From assembly GCA_964388035.1 (NCBI GenBank), contig CAYLZE010000024.1, forward strand, positions 1 through 52,939: a stretch of 52,939 nucleotides of DNA, given 5' to 3'. The notes under the pieces are model-generated. The model was not told the origin of the DNA. It saw nothing but the letters and a program-made list of their open reading frames with translations, and did not search any database. This DNA is from an uncultured archaeon. GTDB lineage: Archaea > Asgardarchaeota > Lokiarchaeia > Sigyniarchaeales > SOKP01. Shown here piece by piece: positions 1-10,318 of the stretch. A program made the translations under genes and the position numbers. Positions within the stretch are counted from its first letter, which is position 1, and each line of letters starts with the position of its first letter.

Positions 1-200
1 TTGATGTTCATAGCATTATTCGGTATCGAATTTTTTAATAATATGAAAAAAGAGCAGAAAGGAGGAAATCACGAAATATGAATTGTGTCAAATATTGGTT
101 GGTCTGTAAAATTTGTACGGTTATTTACGCTCGAAGTTTCTTTATAAGGTTCACAGCTTAAAAAAATAGGAACAAGAACTTAATAAAAATTATATTACCG

Positions 201-1247
201 TTAATTTTTTCGAGATATAATTAAATTTGCGATATTGGACGACTTCAGAAGATCTTTTCCAAATTCTACGAGTTTTTTCTTTTTTTCTTCGTCATTCCAC
301 AAGTCAGCTTCGAAATTTTGGAACTTGATGCTCTCGATGGCGAGGTTAGTGCGCAGGAGTTCATGGAAAATTAGTTTTAAATCAAAATTGCAGGATTTCA
401 CGAGCATTTCGTCGGTTTTCGCATTTACGGTTTTTTTAATCAACGATCCGAGGGAACCTCCGATTCGGGGAGAGATGAACCGCAGCACGGAATCCGTCAT
501 GAAGGTGGTCATTTTCTTCAAGATCTCCATCCATCGATTTTGCGAGACGTTAAAATGAACCCATTTCACATCAAAGCCGTGTTTCTTATCGGGATCCGTT
601 TCTTGAAGGAATTGCATTTCCTTGATGTTATCATTTTTTAGAAAACTGATGGAAAATTCGCGGGAATCATTAATCAATAATATTTCCCCATCTTTACTAT
701 CATATTCTTTAATTTTCTCTTTCGGTACTTGAAATAGTTCAAAACAACTATCAATCGCCTTTCGCACGACAAGAGCAGGATTATTCGTGATTTCTCTCAG
801 GTCTTTAAAGGACTTCTTACCGATTTCTAGGCAGTGTTTCAAATGAGTATTATTCATTACATGGATTTTATTGGATAGACCTTGTGCATCTCCTTCAATG
901 GCTTTCAGGAATTCTCCAAGATTATCGAGGGAGGTTTTCTCCTGGATCAAGTCCACAATTTTTTGAGAAATTTCCTCGCTAGCATTATCGTTTAGGAAAT
1001 CGTCAGATTCTTCCATTTTTCCCATCAGCTTCATTCTCTTCTCCTTGATCTTGGATCTCACGTCCTTGATATATTCGATTACCTTGCGGGATTTTTCATC
1101 TTCCTCTTTATCCATGTTCTCTAATATTTGCTCTTGAATTCCGGGAAATAACCTGCCGTCCAATTTAATATCCTCGGGGCGAAAGCTCTGCTTGGGGGAG
1201 AACACTGTTGAAAAGGCAAAGAACAATCCACCTCTAACATCTACCAA
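201..1247 (-). CDS. hypothetical protein (348 aa)
   Basis: Long ORF, TTG start preceded by a GGAGG SD-like motif; no family recognised. Confidence 0.75.
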   Translation of the reverse strand: MVDVRGGLFFAFSTVFSPKQSFRPEDIKLDGRLFPGIQEQILENMDKEEDEKSRKVIEYIKDVRSKIKEKRMKLMGKMEESDDFLNDNASEEISQKIVDLIQEKTSLDNLGEFLKAIEGDAQGLSNKIHVMNNTHLKHCLEIGKKSFKDLREITNNPALVVRKAIDSCFELFQVPKEKIKEYDSKDGEILLINDSREFSISFLKNDNIKEMQFLQETDPDKKHGFDVKWVHFNVSQNRWMEILKKMTTFMTDSVLRFISPRIGGSLGSLIKKTVNAKTDEMLVKSCNFDLKLIFHELLRTNLAIESIKFQNFEADLWNDEEKKKKLVEFGKDLLKSSNIANLIISRKN

Positions 1248-1458
1248 TTTAACTAGCCTCCATTCAAAGTTTTAATATATAGTAAAAGATGAGGTTTATA
1301 TAATTTTGGATGGGATAAGAGGGTATAAACGCAATTTAGAACGGGCTATAGCGAAGAATCTAAAAGTAGTATATTAAGGAAAAATGAAGGTAATGCAGCT
1401 CGCAGACGTAAACTTAAAGATAAAATAGAGAGGAAAATTGAGTGGATTCTTACAGCAA

Positions 1459-1920
1459 CTATTCGATTTCAATTGTTTCTAAATCGCGTCCTTCATGGGC
1501 TGCTTTAAAGGCCTCATGATATTTTGAGATTTCGTCATGCAATTCCCTTAATTCTTCATTTTTCAAGATGCTCTTAAAGAAATTATTGGTAGAATCATAC
1601 ACTTTTTTAACAAAAGTATCGATTCTGCTCATTTCATAGGCAAGTTCCTTGATAGAATCGTATTTTATTTCCAAATCCACGATTCTTCTTCTCAATTCTT
1701 CTTCGAGTTTTTTCCGGGTTCTAAAGTGAGTCCAGATAATTTCAAAGACGAAATAATTAGCGAATTGGACAAATTCTGTCAATAAAGCGATGCCAAATGC
1801 TATGACAATGCTCCCCGTAACGATAAATGCTGTTGAAAACCCTAGCAAGATGGTAATCGCTCGGTATACAATGCTTTTAAATAAACTTTCTTTCCATTCG
1901 ATTTTCTTTATAGATTCCAT
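1459..1920 (-). CDS. DUF2061-like membrane protein with C-terminal helical extension
   Basis: ESLFKSIVYR...AFIVTG...YFVFEIIW pattern typical of DUF2061. Confidence 0.7.
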   Translation of the reverse strand: MESIKKIEWKESLFKSIVYRAITILLGFSTAFIVTGSIVIAFGIALLTEFVQFANYFVFEIIWTHFRTRKKLEEELRRRIVDLEIKYDSIKELAYEMSRIDTFVKKVYDSTNNFFKSILKNEELRELHDEISKYHEAFKAAHEGRDLETIEIE

Positions 1921-2230
1921 TACAATCGCAAGAGTTAAATTATTGAATTATATTAATAAGAACGGGTATATATTTTAATTTTTTTAGAAATATAATCTTT
2001 TAATAAAAATTAAGTTCTAATCTTGGAAGAGGAGATATAAAGATGAAGACCTTGCCGTGAAATTATCACAATAGAAATCAGCTTCGGTGAAATGATTCTT
2101 AAAACGTGAGAGCTGTTAATACAAAATTAAAAGATAGCTATCTAAAGAAAGAAGAAATCATATCTTTAGTAATCTACCATGGTTGGAAAATTAAAAAACG
2201 AATAAAAACAGAGATTCAATAAAAATCTAT

Positions 2231-2247
2231 CCCCCTTGCTTAGGGGG
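2231..2247 (-). terminator. GC-rich hairpin downstream of rpl40e
   Basis: CCCCCT-tgctt-AGGGGG, 16 nt past the rpl40e stop, followed by a T-run on the minus strand. Confidence 0.4.
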
Positions 2248-2263
2248 TTTTTAAGAAATCAGA

Positions 2264-2425
2264 TTACTTTGACACTTCTCTTCGTTTTAATCGTAAATCC
2301 TTGCCGTGGCATCTTCTACATTTCTTAGCTTTAACTGGATTTAAGGCTCCGCAACTGCGGCATACACTTTTTTCTAGTAAATGGTACCGGGCAATTTTAC
2401 GTTTTTCGGGGTCATCTATGGGCAT
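2264..2425 (-). CDS. rpl40e: 50S ribosomal protein L40e (not in ORF track)
   Basis: Manual translation MPIDDPEKRKIARYHLLEKSVCRSCGALNPVKAKKCRRCHGKDLRLKRREVSK; CxxC...CRxC...LRxK motif. Confidence 0.95.
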   Translation of the reverse strand: MPIDDPEKRKIARYHLLEKSVCRSCGALNPVKAKKCRRCHGKDLRLKRREVSK

Positions 2426-2610
2426 TTTATTCTTTCTCGCTACTATTAATTGCTACTTTATAATTTTAACAAGTGAAAGATAAAATAGAAAAAACACGAA
2501 AATTAAAAAATTTTCCTATAAGAAAAGGTTTCCATGATAAAATTAAAATGAAATGCTGAATACAGAATTCATAAGTGAAAAAGTATTTGGAAAAACGTGA
2601 GTAGATTAAG

Positions 2611-2805
2611 ATGCCCAAGCAAATAGTAGATGAAGAGAAGTTTATTAAATTATCAGAACATGCGGTACATTGTCGCGTGAAGAGATTAAAAGACGTGGTA
2701 AAGCTGAAATTGCGCACGAAAAAAACGCTCTATACCTACAAGGTAGATCCCGCTTCTGCAGAGAGGTTACTTTCGGATATTAGTTGCGAGATTATAGAAA
2801 TATAA
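2611..2805 (+). CDS. rpl38e: ribosomal protein L38e
   Basis: MPKQI...VKLKLRTKKTLYT motif of eL38. Confidence 0.9.
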   Translation: MPKQIVDEEKFIKLSEHAVHCRVKRLKDVVKLKLRTKKTLYTYKVDPASAERLLSDISCEIIEI

Positions 2806-3251
2806 TCCTATAAAGACTTATTTTAATCTTTGGTTATAATTCGTTATTGTGTCTTTTCTTGGCTTAAAATAGCATGTTCTATTTTTGAAATAATCAACTT
2901 CGCTATCTCCCGGTAATTCTTTTTTTATTTATAGTCCATTGGAACTTATGACCTTATTTTTTATCGCAAAATTGCTCATTTATGAATATTCCCCCTTGAT
3001 CTTCAAGTTGTGAAAATTGAACTTCAAGAATTTCAAGTTATAAAACCTTTTTCTTCCCATTTTTTTCCCATATTATAAATGTGGGAATAATCGTGGCAAT
3101 TTTCCCATCGAATTCCCAGAAGTTAAAGCTATGAACGTTCAAATTCGAAAGAATTATATATTACCTCATTAATAGTATAATTAGAATGCATTTGGCATTA
3201 GAAGATATATTTAGAAGTATGCCCTCATGAGGCAATATTCGAGGAAATAAA

Positions 3252-4646
3252 ATGAATGCTGCATTATATTTTTTTAATCCACGTTCTATTGCAATTATCG
3301 GAGCTACAGCGGATCCAAAAAAATTTGGAAATGCAGTTACTAAAAACATTCTTGAAAATAAAGTTCTTCAATGTGAGATATACTTAATTACCCAAAACTC
3401 GGAAGATATTCAAGGTAAGAAGTGCTATAGGTTTCTTTCTGAAGTACCCGGAGAGGTTGATCTTGTCATCATCCTGGTTCCCGCGAGAATTGTCGAGATT
3501 GTCATTAATCAATGCATCAAGAAAAAAGTTAAGGGAATTATCATCATTACAGCGGGATTCGGGGAGATCGATGATATCGGTAAGCGAGTAGAGCAAGAAA
3601 TCGTAAGGAAATGCAAGGAAAATGGAATACGAGTCATGGGTCCCAATTGCGTGGGAATTCAGAATTTAGAAATGGGTTTAAATGCTTCTTTCATTCAGAC
3701 GGCACCCGGGGGATCTATTGGCATGATTAGCCAGTCGGGCTCGATCGGATGTGCGTGTTTCTATGAAATGCAGGAGTGGAATTTGGGGTGCTCAAAATTC
3801 GCCAGTATTGGAAATAACGTGGATTTCTCCTATTTTGAGCTTTTAGAATACTTAAAGGAGGATGAGCATACTCGCTTGATCAGCATCTACATGGAGTCGA
3901 TTAAAAATCCAAAAGAGTTTCTAAAGGTTTTAAGGCTGCTGACTCCGGTTAAACCGGTCATTTCTTTAAAAGGAGGAAAAAATGCAATCGGCATGCAAAC
4001 AGCAAGCAGTCACACCGGTTCTCTAGCTTCGGACAATCGGATTTTAAAAGCGGCTTTACATCAAGTTGGAACAATCCCTTGCGATACTATCGGGGAATTC
4101 ATCACAGCAATGAAAACATTCAGCTATCTCCCCCTTCCTAAAGGGGAAAAGATCGGGATCTTGACGAATTCCGGGGGAACCGCGGTATTATTTTGCGATC
4201 ACTTGGAGCGTTTTAATTTGCAACTGGCTTCTTTTTCCGCGGAATTTATTGATAAAATCACACCTCACGTGATCCCGCTAGTGAAAAAAGTTAATCCTCT
4301 GGACATGATTGCGGGGGCCGGGGAAAAAGAATATTTCGAAATTACCAGAGCAATGTTAGAAGATCCTACTATTGATATTATAGTAGTAGGATTGGTCATC
4401 CCTCCCTTTTTAGAAATGGACCCCGGGGAACATTTCAAAGGAGCCGTGAAGGCATGGAACCAAACGGGAAGAGAAAAACCCTTGCTAATTCTTAATTTAT
4501 TTGGAGAACATTTTTCAGGAATTAAGCAAATTTCAAAAGAAGAAAAGATAACTTTCTTCACGAATCCGCTTGATGTTGCACTTTCCATTAAATTTTTGAT
4601 TGAAAGGATGAAATTTTTAAACCATTTGAATGAGATTGAACCTTGA
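3252..4646 (+). CDS. acdA: acyl-CoA synthetase (NDP-forming) alpha subunit
   Basis: FFNPRSIAIIGA, GPNCVG, SQSG, SHTGSLA (phospho-His), TNSGG, NPLDM. Confidence 0.9.
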   Translation: MNAALYFFNPRSIAIIGATADPKKFGNAVTKNILENKVLQCEIYLITQNSEDIQGKKCYRFLSEVPGEVDLVIILVPARIVEIVINQCIKKKVKGIIIITAGFGEIDDIGKRVEQEIVRKCKENGIRVMGPNCVGIQNLEMGLNASFIQTAPGGSIGMISQSGSIGCACFYEMQEWNLGCSKFASIGNNVDFSYFELLEYLKEDEHTRLISIYMESIKNPKEFLKVLRLLTPVKPVISLKGGKNAIGMQTASSHTGSLASDNRILKAALHQVGTIPCDTIGEFITAMKTFSYLPLPKGEKIGILTNSGGTAVLFCDHLERFNLQLASFSAEFIDKITPHVIPLVKKVNPLDMIAGAGEKEYFEITRAMLEDPTIDIIVVGLVIPPFLEMDPGEHFKGAVKAWNQTGREKPLLILNLFGEHFSGIKQISKEEKITFFTNPLDVALSIKFLIERMKFLNHLNEIEP

Positions 4647-4911
4647 GTTATAAAGAGTTCTGATTCCATGAAGTGCATGAATGGACAAGAAATCCATGAA
4701 GAAAGAGACTGAAGAAAGAAACATGCATTGGAAAAACCATTAAATTTAAAAGATACCTTTCCGCTCTAAAGTCATGTCTATAGAACATGGTAAAAAAATT
4801 TATAAATTATTGATCATGTTTTCTCAAAAAGAACTAATCAGTTTTTATTATACCTTAGATTAATCTAAATATAGATCAATTTATTTAAAGAAATTCTTGG
4901 TGTTATAGAAG

Positions 4912-5424
4912 ATTCGAGCATTACCAGCATGCAGAACTTGTGTGGCGACCGATTTTCTCTGTACGAGCTGTCAAGACAAATTCGATGAAGGAGAACTGAC
5001 TGAATTTGAGTTGGATTTAGCCAAAATGCTCGTGGAGCTAGAAGAAACGGATCCGCGCTTTACTTTTCTGAAGGATGTGGCATTTTATAAGGCTATAGAT
5101 TTTGAGGATGTCGTGATTTTAATCATTGGAAAAGGAGATAAATTGCGCATCACGCAAGAACTCGTGGATTTAATAAAAGAAACGTATGAAATTGATAAAA
5201 TCATTTTAGTTGAAGAGAGCAAGAAACCGAGAGCCGTGGTTGAGAGTTTAATCGCGCCTGGTAAATTAATCTCCTTGAACGAGATATTTTTAGCCACGGG
5301 GGATATTGAATTTAAAGCAATCATTCGATCGGAAGATCAAGAGCATATATTATTCACTAAAGAAGAATTGGAAGAATTAGTTCTTGAATTAACGGGCAGG
5401 GTAACAAGAATAGAATTCCAATGA
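4912..5424 (+). CDS. archaeal NusA-like KH protein with N-terminal Zn-binding CxxC pair; probable ATT start
   Basis: In-frame extension IRALPACRTCVATDFLCTSCQ upstream of the track's GTG (4942); KH-like IIGKG; lies before pth2-truD. Confidence 0.7.
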   Translation: MRALPACRTCVATDFLCTSCQDKFDEGELTEFELDLAKMLVELEETDPRFTFLKDVAFYKAIDFEDVVILIIGKGDKLRITQELVDLIKETYEIDKIILVEESKKPRAVVESLIAPGKLISLNEIFLATGDIEFKAIIRSEDQEHILFTKEELEELVLELTGRVTRIEFQ

Positions 5425-5475
5425 AAGGGCACCATCAATAGAGAGTAAGTTAATCGTTTTTTACCAGTCAAGAAC

Positions 5476-5832
5476 ATGGATGAACTTAAACAGGTAATTT
5501 TAATTAGAACAGATTTAAAAATGGGCACTGGAAAAAAGGTTGCTCAAGCATGCCATGCTGCCGTGGAATCTTCAGATAGAGTGAGGATTCAAAATAAAGC
5601 AAACTGGAAGGCATGGAAGAATGCGGGGCAGAAGAAGATCGTTCTTAAAGCCAAGAGCTTGGAACAATTGCAAGATATTGTCAAAGAGCTGGAAAGGCAA
5701 AAGATTCCCCATTTTTTAGTAATGGATGCAGGCTTGACCCAATTACCTCCAGGAACAATAACCGCCCTGGGAATTGGGCCGCATCCCGCTTCTCAATTAG
5801 ATAAAATCACGGGAGATTTGAAATTACTTTAG
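5476..5832 (+). CDS. pth2: peptidyl-tRNA hydrolase Pth2
   Basis: [35 protein letters not shown]-terminal LKLL. Confidence 0.97.
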   Translation: MDELKQVILIRTDLKMGTGKKVAQACHAAVESSDRVRIQNKANWKAWKNAGQKKIVLKAKSLEQLQDIVKELERQKIPHFLVMDAGLTQLPPGTITALGIGPHPASQLDKITGDLKLL

Positions 5833-5839
5833 AAAGGAA

Positions 5840-7240
5840 ATGAACTTGTCAGAAAAGGAGTGGTTTACCCAAGCTAATCGGGATTACGAGAGAGAGGTTG
5901 AAAGAGCAGTAGGAATCAACTTTTTTAGCACATCCGAAACCAAGGAAATAGGGGGTATTTATAAAGATAATTACAAAGACTTCATCGTTAAGGAAATAAC
6001 AGAAGACGGGCAAGTCTTGGAAATAAGAGAGGATTCCAAAAATTACGCCTTTTCTCAAGATGATTTCGATAAGTATACTACCTTTAATTTGATAAAAGTG
6101 AATAAAGATACCTTCGAAGCAATTGATCTGATTTGTAGGGAACTAAACATTCATCCGGCACAAATTTCTTATTCCGGATTAAAGGATAAGACCTCAATTA
6201 GCGTACAAAAAGTATCCATAAAAGGAAATTACGTGGAACAACTGAGAACTCTGAAAATAAGAGATATTTTTATCAGGGATATCTATCCGAGTAAGAAAGG
6301 CGTGAAATTAGGAAGTCATTGGGGGAATCATTTCGTGATTACCTTGCGACAAATTGAAGACCGAATAGATCTCAGCCAAGATATTGACCATCTTTTTTAT
6401 AAATTAACGAAAGTTGGGTTTCCTAATTATTTTGGCTTGCAACGGTTTGGAACCTTCCGACCCAATTCCCATTTGATTGGACGGTATCTAATTGAAAAGA
6501 ACTATAAGCTGGCATTTGATGAGTTTGTCACTTCGATCTATCCCATGGAATCGGAATCAGCCAAGAAAGCAAGATCCTGCTTAAAAGAGACAGGAGATTA
6601 TAAAAGAGCGTTTGAAATCTTCCCTCAGAGCCTCCATTATGAAAAAAGAATGTTACAATACATGATGGATCATCCTCAAGATTATGAAGGAGCGTTCAAG
6701 GTGCTTCCCGACGATTTGATAAAACTCATTGTCAGCGCCTTTCAGTCATACATTTTCAATAAAATTCTTTCTCTAAGAGAAAAAAAAGGCATTTCGCTTT
6801 TCACGCCGGTTAAGGGAGATGTTTTCTGCATTTTAGAACAAAAAAATGGATGGGCCACTCTGGTGAAATATCTATTCGGGAGTTATTATGATGAATGGTT
6901 ATTGAAAGCCATGGAAAAAAACCGGGCTGCCATTGTCGTTCCTATTATAGGATATGATATCGATTTGAACTCGTTTCCTTTAATGAAGCAATTATTCGAG
7001 GAAGTGGTGAAGGAAGAACAGATCCGTGCTGAATTATTTTCCAAAAGCGTATTGGAAGATTTAGAATTGAAAGGTGCCTTGAGAACCATGATGGTAAAAC
7101 CCGTCGGATTGCAGATCTTAGAATTTAAAGACGATGATATTTATTCAGGGTTTAAAAAATTGAAATTTGAATTTTCTTTAAGTAAAGGAAGTTATGCCAC
7201 CATGTTATTGCGCGAATTTCCCGCCCGTGAAGGGAAGTGA
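5840..7240 (+). CDS. truD: tRNA pseudouridine(13) synthase TruD
   Basis: DFIVKEI, GLKDK, GNHF, FPNYFGLQRFG, SAFQSYIFN, KGSYATMLLRE. Confidence 0.95.
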   Translation: MNLSEKEWFTQANRDYEREVERAVGINFFSTSETKEIGGIYKDNYKDFIVKEITEDGQVLEIREDSKNYAFSQDDFDKYTTFNLIKVNKDTFEAIDLICRELNIHPAQISYSGLKDKTSISVQKVSIKGNYVEQLRTLKIRDIFIRDIYPSKKGVKLGSHWGNHFVITLRQIEDRIDLSQDIDHLFYKLTKVGFPNYFGLQRFGTFRPNSHLIGRYLIEKNYKLAFDEFVTSIYPMESESAKKARSCLKETGDYKRAFEIFPQSLHYEKRMLQYMMDHPQDYEGAFKVLPDDLIKLIVSAFQSYIFNKILSLREKKGISLFTPVKGDVFCILEQKNGWATLVKYLFGSYYDEWLLKAMEKNRAAIVVPIIGYDIDLNSFPLMKQLFEEVVKEEQIRAELFSKSVLEDLELKGALRTMMVKPVGLQILEFKDDDIYSGFKKLKFEFSLSKGSYATMLLREFPAREGK

Positions 7241-7281
7241 ACATGCTGGTACTAAAAAAGTGATATTTTCGTCATAAAAAT

Positions 7282-8904
7282 TCAATTAACTTTCACATCC
7301 AGGATTTGATTTGTTTCATTTCCCAATATATTTTTTACCTTAATACATATCATGTAATTTCCAGGTTCGGGATAATTCCACCAGTCTGAAACAAGAGACA
7401 GTTCTCTTTTCTTTTGGGTTCTGAAGGAAGTCCATGAGGATTTAAAACAGGATTTATCATGATCAAAATCGATTGCCCAATAGTCTATCCAATCGGACCA
7501 GGCATTAATTTTTTCGGAGATTTCATCGATTACCTTCTGCTTATAGGGAAGACTATAATTTATGAGTTCAAGCTTTAAGCTTAATTTCTTTTTTTCATTT
7601 ACCTTAATTTCAAAAATGGGCTTTTCCCATTCCTGTTCTACTTCGGAAATAGTTTCAGAAGATTTTAGTAGCTTTTTGAGGAAAAAATCATTTTTATCAT
7701 GGTGTTTTTGCTGCAAAATTTTAAAGGGTTGAGCGAATTGAGAGAATTTCACGTTCCAATTGATCAAATCATTGCTAAATTGAATGCTAAGTAAGCGCTT
7801 TCGGGTGATGTGAATGGCGTGATCGTGGACATCGCAGCCAATCCACCTTCTTCCTAATTTTTCTGCAACAGCTAACGTAGTTCCCGTCCCGCAGAAAAAA
7901 TCTGCCACGATATCATCCTGATTTGAGGAGGAGAGGATAATTCTTTTTAATAAACGTTCCGGCTTTTGCGTTGAAAAACCTTGATACTCGGGGGTATTCG
8001 CTCTTACGTAGGGAACATCAAGCCAAACATCTCGGGGAAAGATCCCTTTTCCATCCACGTATACTTTTCTTTTTAGTTTTTTACCATCATGACTTCCTCC
8101 TCGATAATAGAAAGTACCCAGCTCATCTTTTTTCAAGTTATCCATTACCCGATTTGAATATTCCATGTAAATGTTAGGATCATCATTAAAAACATAATTA
8201 CTTGATTTTGAATAAAAAAGGATAACATCATGGGATCGCATGAAGAAATTGCGAGTATTAGCAGAGGCAGCCGGATAGAACCATATGATTTGATTATGAA
8301 AATTTTCTTTTCCGAAAACTTCATCCATGAGAAGCTTGATATAATGGATGGCGTGCCAATCCAAATGCACGTAAATGCTACCATTATCGGCAAGTAACTC
8401 TTTCATCAAGAGGAATCTTGCATACATGAAATCCAAATAAGCATCAATACCACCCTCCCATGAATCCGCATATGCAGTTTTTCTTATCCAGTATTTGGAA
8501 CCCTTGGAATATTTTCCTTCCCCAATCCGCAGATTAAAATCAAAATCGGAGCCCGTTCCAAAGGGAGGATCAAAATAGATAAGCTGAATTTGGTTGGGAA
8601 ATTCATCCCATAGCCCGCGTAGAAGAGCCATGTTATCTCCGAGAAAGAGCATGTTATACCATGAGGATTCGTCCCTTGAACCCATTAAACCCTTATCTTG
8701 GATATTCTTACTGATCTCGCTTCTTTCTCCAAAACCTTCGATGATGGGATCCTCATGGATTTCATTTTCTTCGAACGATTCTGATGGCTCTTGGAAAATA
8801 TTTTCTACCTTCTCTTTGGTCTCTTTCTTACCGTTCCAAGTTAAGCTTACCAAGCAAATCACATTTATTAGCGAAAAATTTAATTTTTTTGGACGTTTAA
8901 ACAT
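7282..8904 (-). CDS. N6-adenine/N4-cytosine DNA methyltransferase (beta class, Mod-like)
   Basis: GDN, IYFDPPF (motif IV) before TQKPERLL and DFFCGTGTT (motif I). Confidence 0.9.
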   Translation of the reverse strand: MFKRPKKLNFSLINVICLVSLTWNGKKETKEKVENIFQEPSESFEENEIHEDPIIEGFGERSEISKNIQDKGLMGSRDESSWYNMLFLGDNMALLRGLWDEFPNQIQLIYFDPPFGTGSDFDFNLRIGEGKYSKGSKYWIRKTAYADSWEGGIDAYLDFMYARFLLMKELLADNGSIYVHLDWHAIHYIKLLMDEVFGKENFHNQIIWFYPAASANTRNFFMRSHDVILFYSKSSNYVFNDDPNIYMEYSNRVMDNLKKDELGTFYYRGGSHDGKKLKRKVYVDGKGIFPRDVWLDVPYVRANTPEYQGFSTQKPERLLKRIILSSSNQDDIVADFFCGTGTTLAVAEKLGRRWIGCDVHDHAIHITRKRLLSIQFSNDLINWNVKFSQFAQPFKILQQKHHDKNDFFLKKLLKSSETISEVEQEWEKPIFEIKVNEKKKLSLKLELINYSLPYKQKVIDEISEKINAWSDWIDYWAIDFDHDKSCFKSSWTSFRTQKKRELSLVSDWWNYPEPGNYMICIKVKNILGNETNQILDVKVN

Positions 8905-8941
8905 TATAATTTAGGAATAAAAAAAGATTCTACGAAAGAGA

Positions 8942-10261
8942 ATGTTTGATAAGATTGGTGAATGGAGAAAAACCCACTATACAAAGAATGTCACGTCAGA
9001 ATTACAAGGACAAGAGGTGATTCTCGGAGGTTGGGTACGTAATTTCCGCGATTTAGGGGGGTTAAAATTCATTAACCTTCAAGATAAGTACGGAGAACGC
9101 CAGATCACTCTGAAAAAGGGGGTAGTATCCGATGAGGTTTTTGAGAAGGTAAAACTGGGCTATCAAGATTGTATCATGGTGCGAGGCAAGGTCAAGGCAT
9201 TTAAAAAAGCACCGGGAGGCGTGGAAATAATCCCCGAAGAAGTGCGCATTTTGAACAGGACGCCGGAAAAACTTCCCATTGATATGACGGGAGAGACATT
9301 ATCGGAATTGGATTTGAGATTGAATAATCGCGCTTTAGACCTTCGCTCTCTAAGAAATCAGGCTATTTTTGGCATTAGGGGGGAATTGCTCAAGTCGGTG
9401 CGAGAATTCTTGTACGAGAGGGATTTCACCGAGATCACGACGCCTAAAATCATCGGTTCCGCCACGGAGGGAGGAACGGAATTGTTTCCGATCATGTATT
9501 TTGATAGGGAAGCTTTTTTAACCCAATCTGCTCAATTATACAAGGAACAATTAAGTGGCGTTTATGAAAGAGTGTTTGAGATCAGCCCTTGTTTTAGAGC
9601 CGAAAAATCCCACACCCGAAGGCATCTCTGCGAAATCTTCACGTTAGATGTAGAAATTGCCTTTGCTGACATGTATGACGTGCTGGAATTATTAGAAAAT
9701 TTGATCCACCATTCCATTAAAAAAATACGGGAGAATCAAATGGAGTCCTTGGAATTTCTCGGAATGCAAAAGAAAACGACCTTGCCAAAATTACCTTTCC
9801 CAAGATACCGCTATGAGGAGATTTTAGATTTACTCGAAGAAAAACTCGATATAAAAATAGAATTCGGAGAAGATATCTCTACCGAAGCGTATCGAAAATT
9901 GGATGAGATTTTACCGGGATATTATTATATCACTCACTGGCCAATGGCTGCCAAGCCTTTTTACATCCAACCCTCAGAAGATCCCATTTACAGCGAATCT
10001 TTTGACCTGCAGAAGGGTTGGTTGGAATTAACTTCGGGGGGCACCCGCGTGCATGAAAAGGAGCAGTTAATCAAGGCCTTGGAACAGAAAGGGTTAAATC
10101 CCGCTTCATTTGAATCCCACACGAGCGTGTTTGGGTTTGGCATGCCTCCTCACGCCGGCTTGGGATTGGGGATTGCACGATGGGTAACCATGTTATGTGG
10201 GTTAGAAGATATTCGGGAAGCAGTGATGTACCCCAGGACTCCCGATCGCTTGACTCCCTAA
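8942..10261 (+). CDS. aspS: aspartyl-tRNA synthetase (archaeal type, probably non-discriminating)
   Basis: GWV..RDLGG OB fold, ATEGGTELF, QSAQLYKE, FRAE, GMPPHAGLGLG, PRTPDRLTP. Confidence 0.95.
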   Translation: MFDKIGEWRKTHYTKNVTSELQGQEVILGGWVRNFRDLGGLKFINLQDKYGERQITLKKGVVSDEVFEKVKLGYQDCIMVRGKVKAFKKAPGGVEIIPEEVRILNRTPEKLPIDMTGETLSELDLRLNNRALDLRSLRNQAIFGIRGELLKSVREFLYERDFTEITTPKIIGSATEGGTELFPIMYFDREAFLTQSAQLYKEQLSGVYERVFEISPCFRAEKSHTRRHLCEIFTLDVEIAFADMYDVLELLENLIHHSIKKIRENQMESLEFLGMQKKTTLPKLPFPRYRYEEILDLLEEKLDIKIEFGEDISTEAYRKLDEILPGYYYITHWPMAAKPFYIQPSEDPIYSESFDLQKGWLELTSGGTRVHEKEQLIKALEQKGLNPASFESHTSVFGFGMPPHAGLGLGIARWVTMLCGLEDIREAVMYPRTPDRLTP

Positions 10262-10318
10262 TTCTTAAATTTTTATATGATTTAGTTTTTATTTGATCCT
10301 CGTTTTAGATTAAATAAA

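Noticed and set aside
2806-3251. Long intergenic region checked for small genes or RNA genes
   Set aside because: No convincing ORF, tRNA or repeat
4897-4908. In-frame TTG-GTG-TTA-TAG before the NusA-like gene suggesting TAG (pyrrolysine) recoding
   Set aside because: TAG ends pth2 exactly at its conserved C-terminus (LKLL, 5830-5832) and ends other complete genes, so it acts as a stop; an ATT start is simpler
7282-8904. Type III restriction-modification system
   Set aside because: No Res helicase/nuclease gene adjacent
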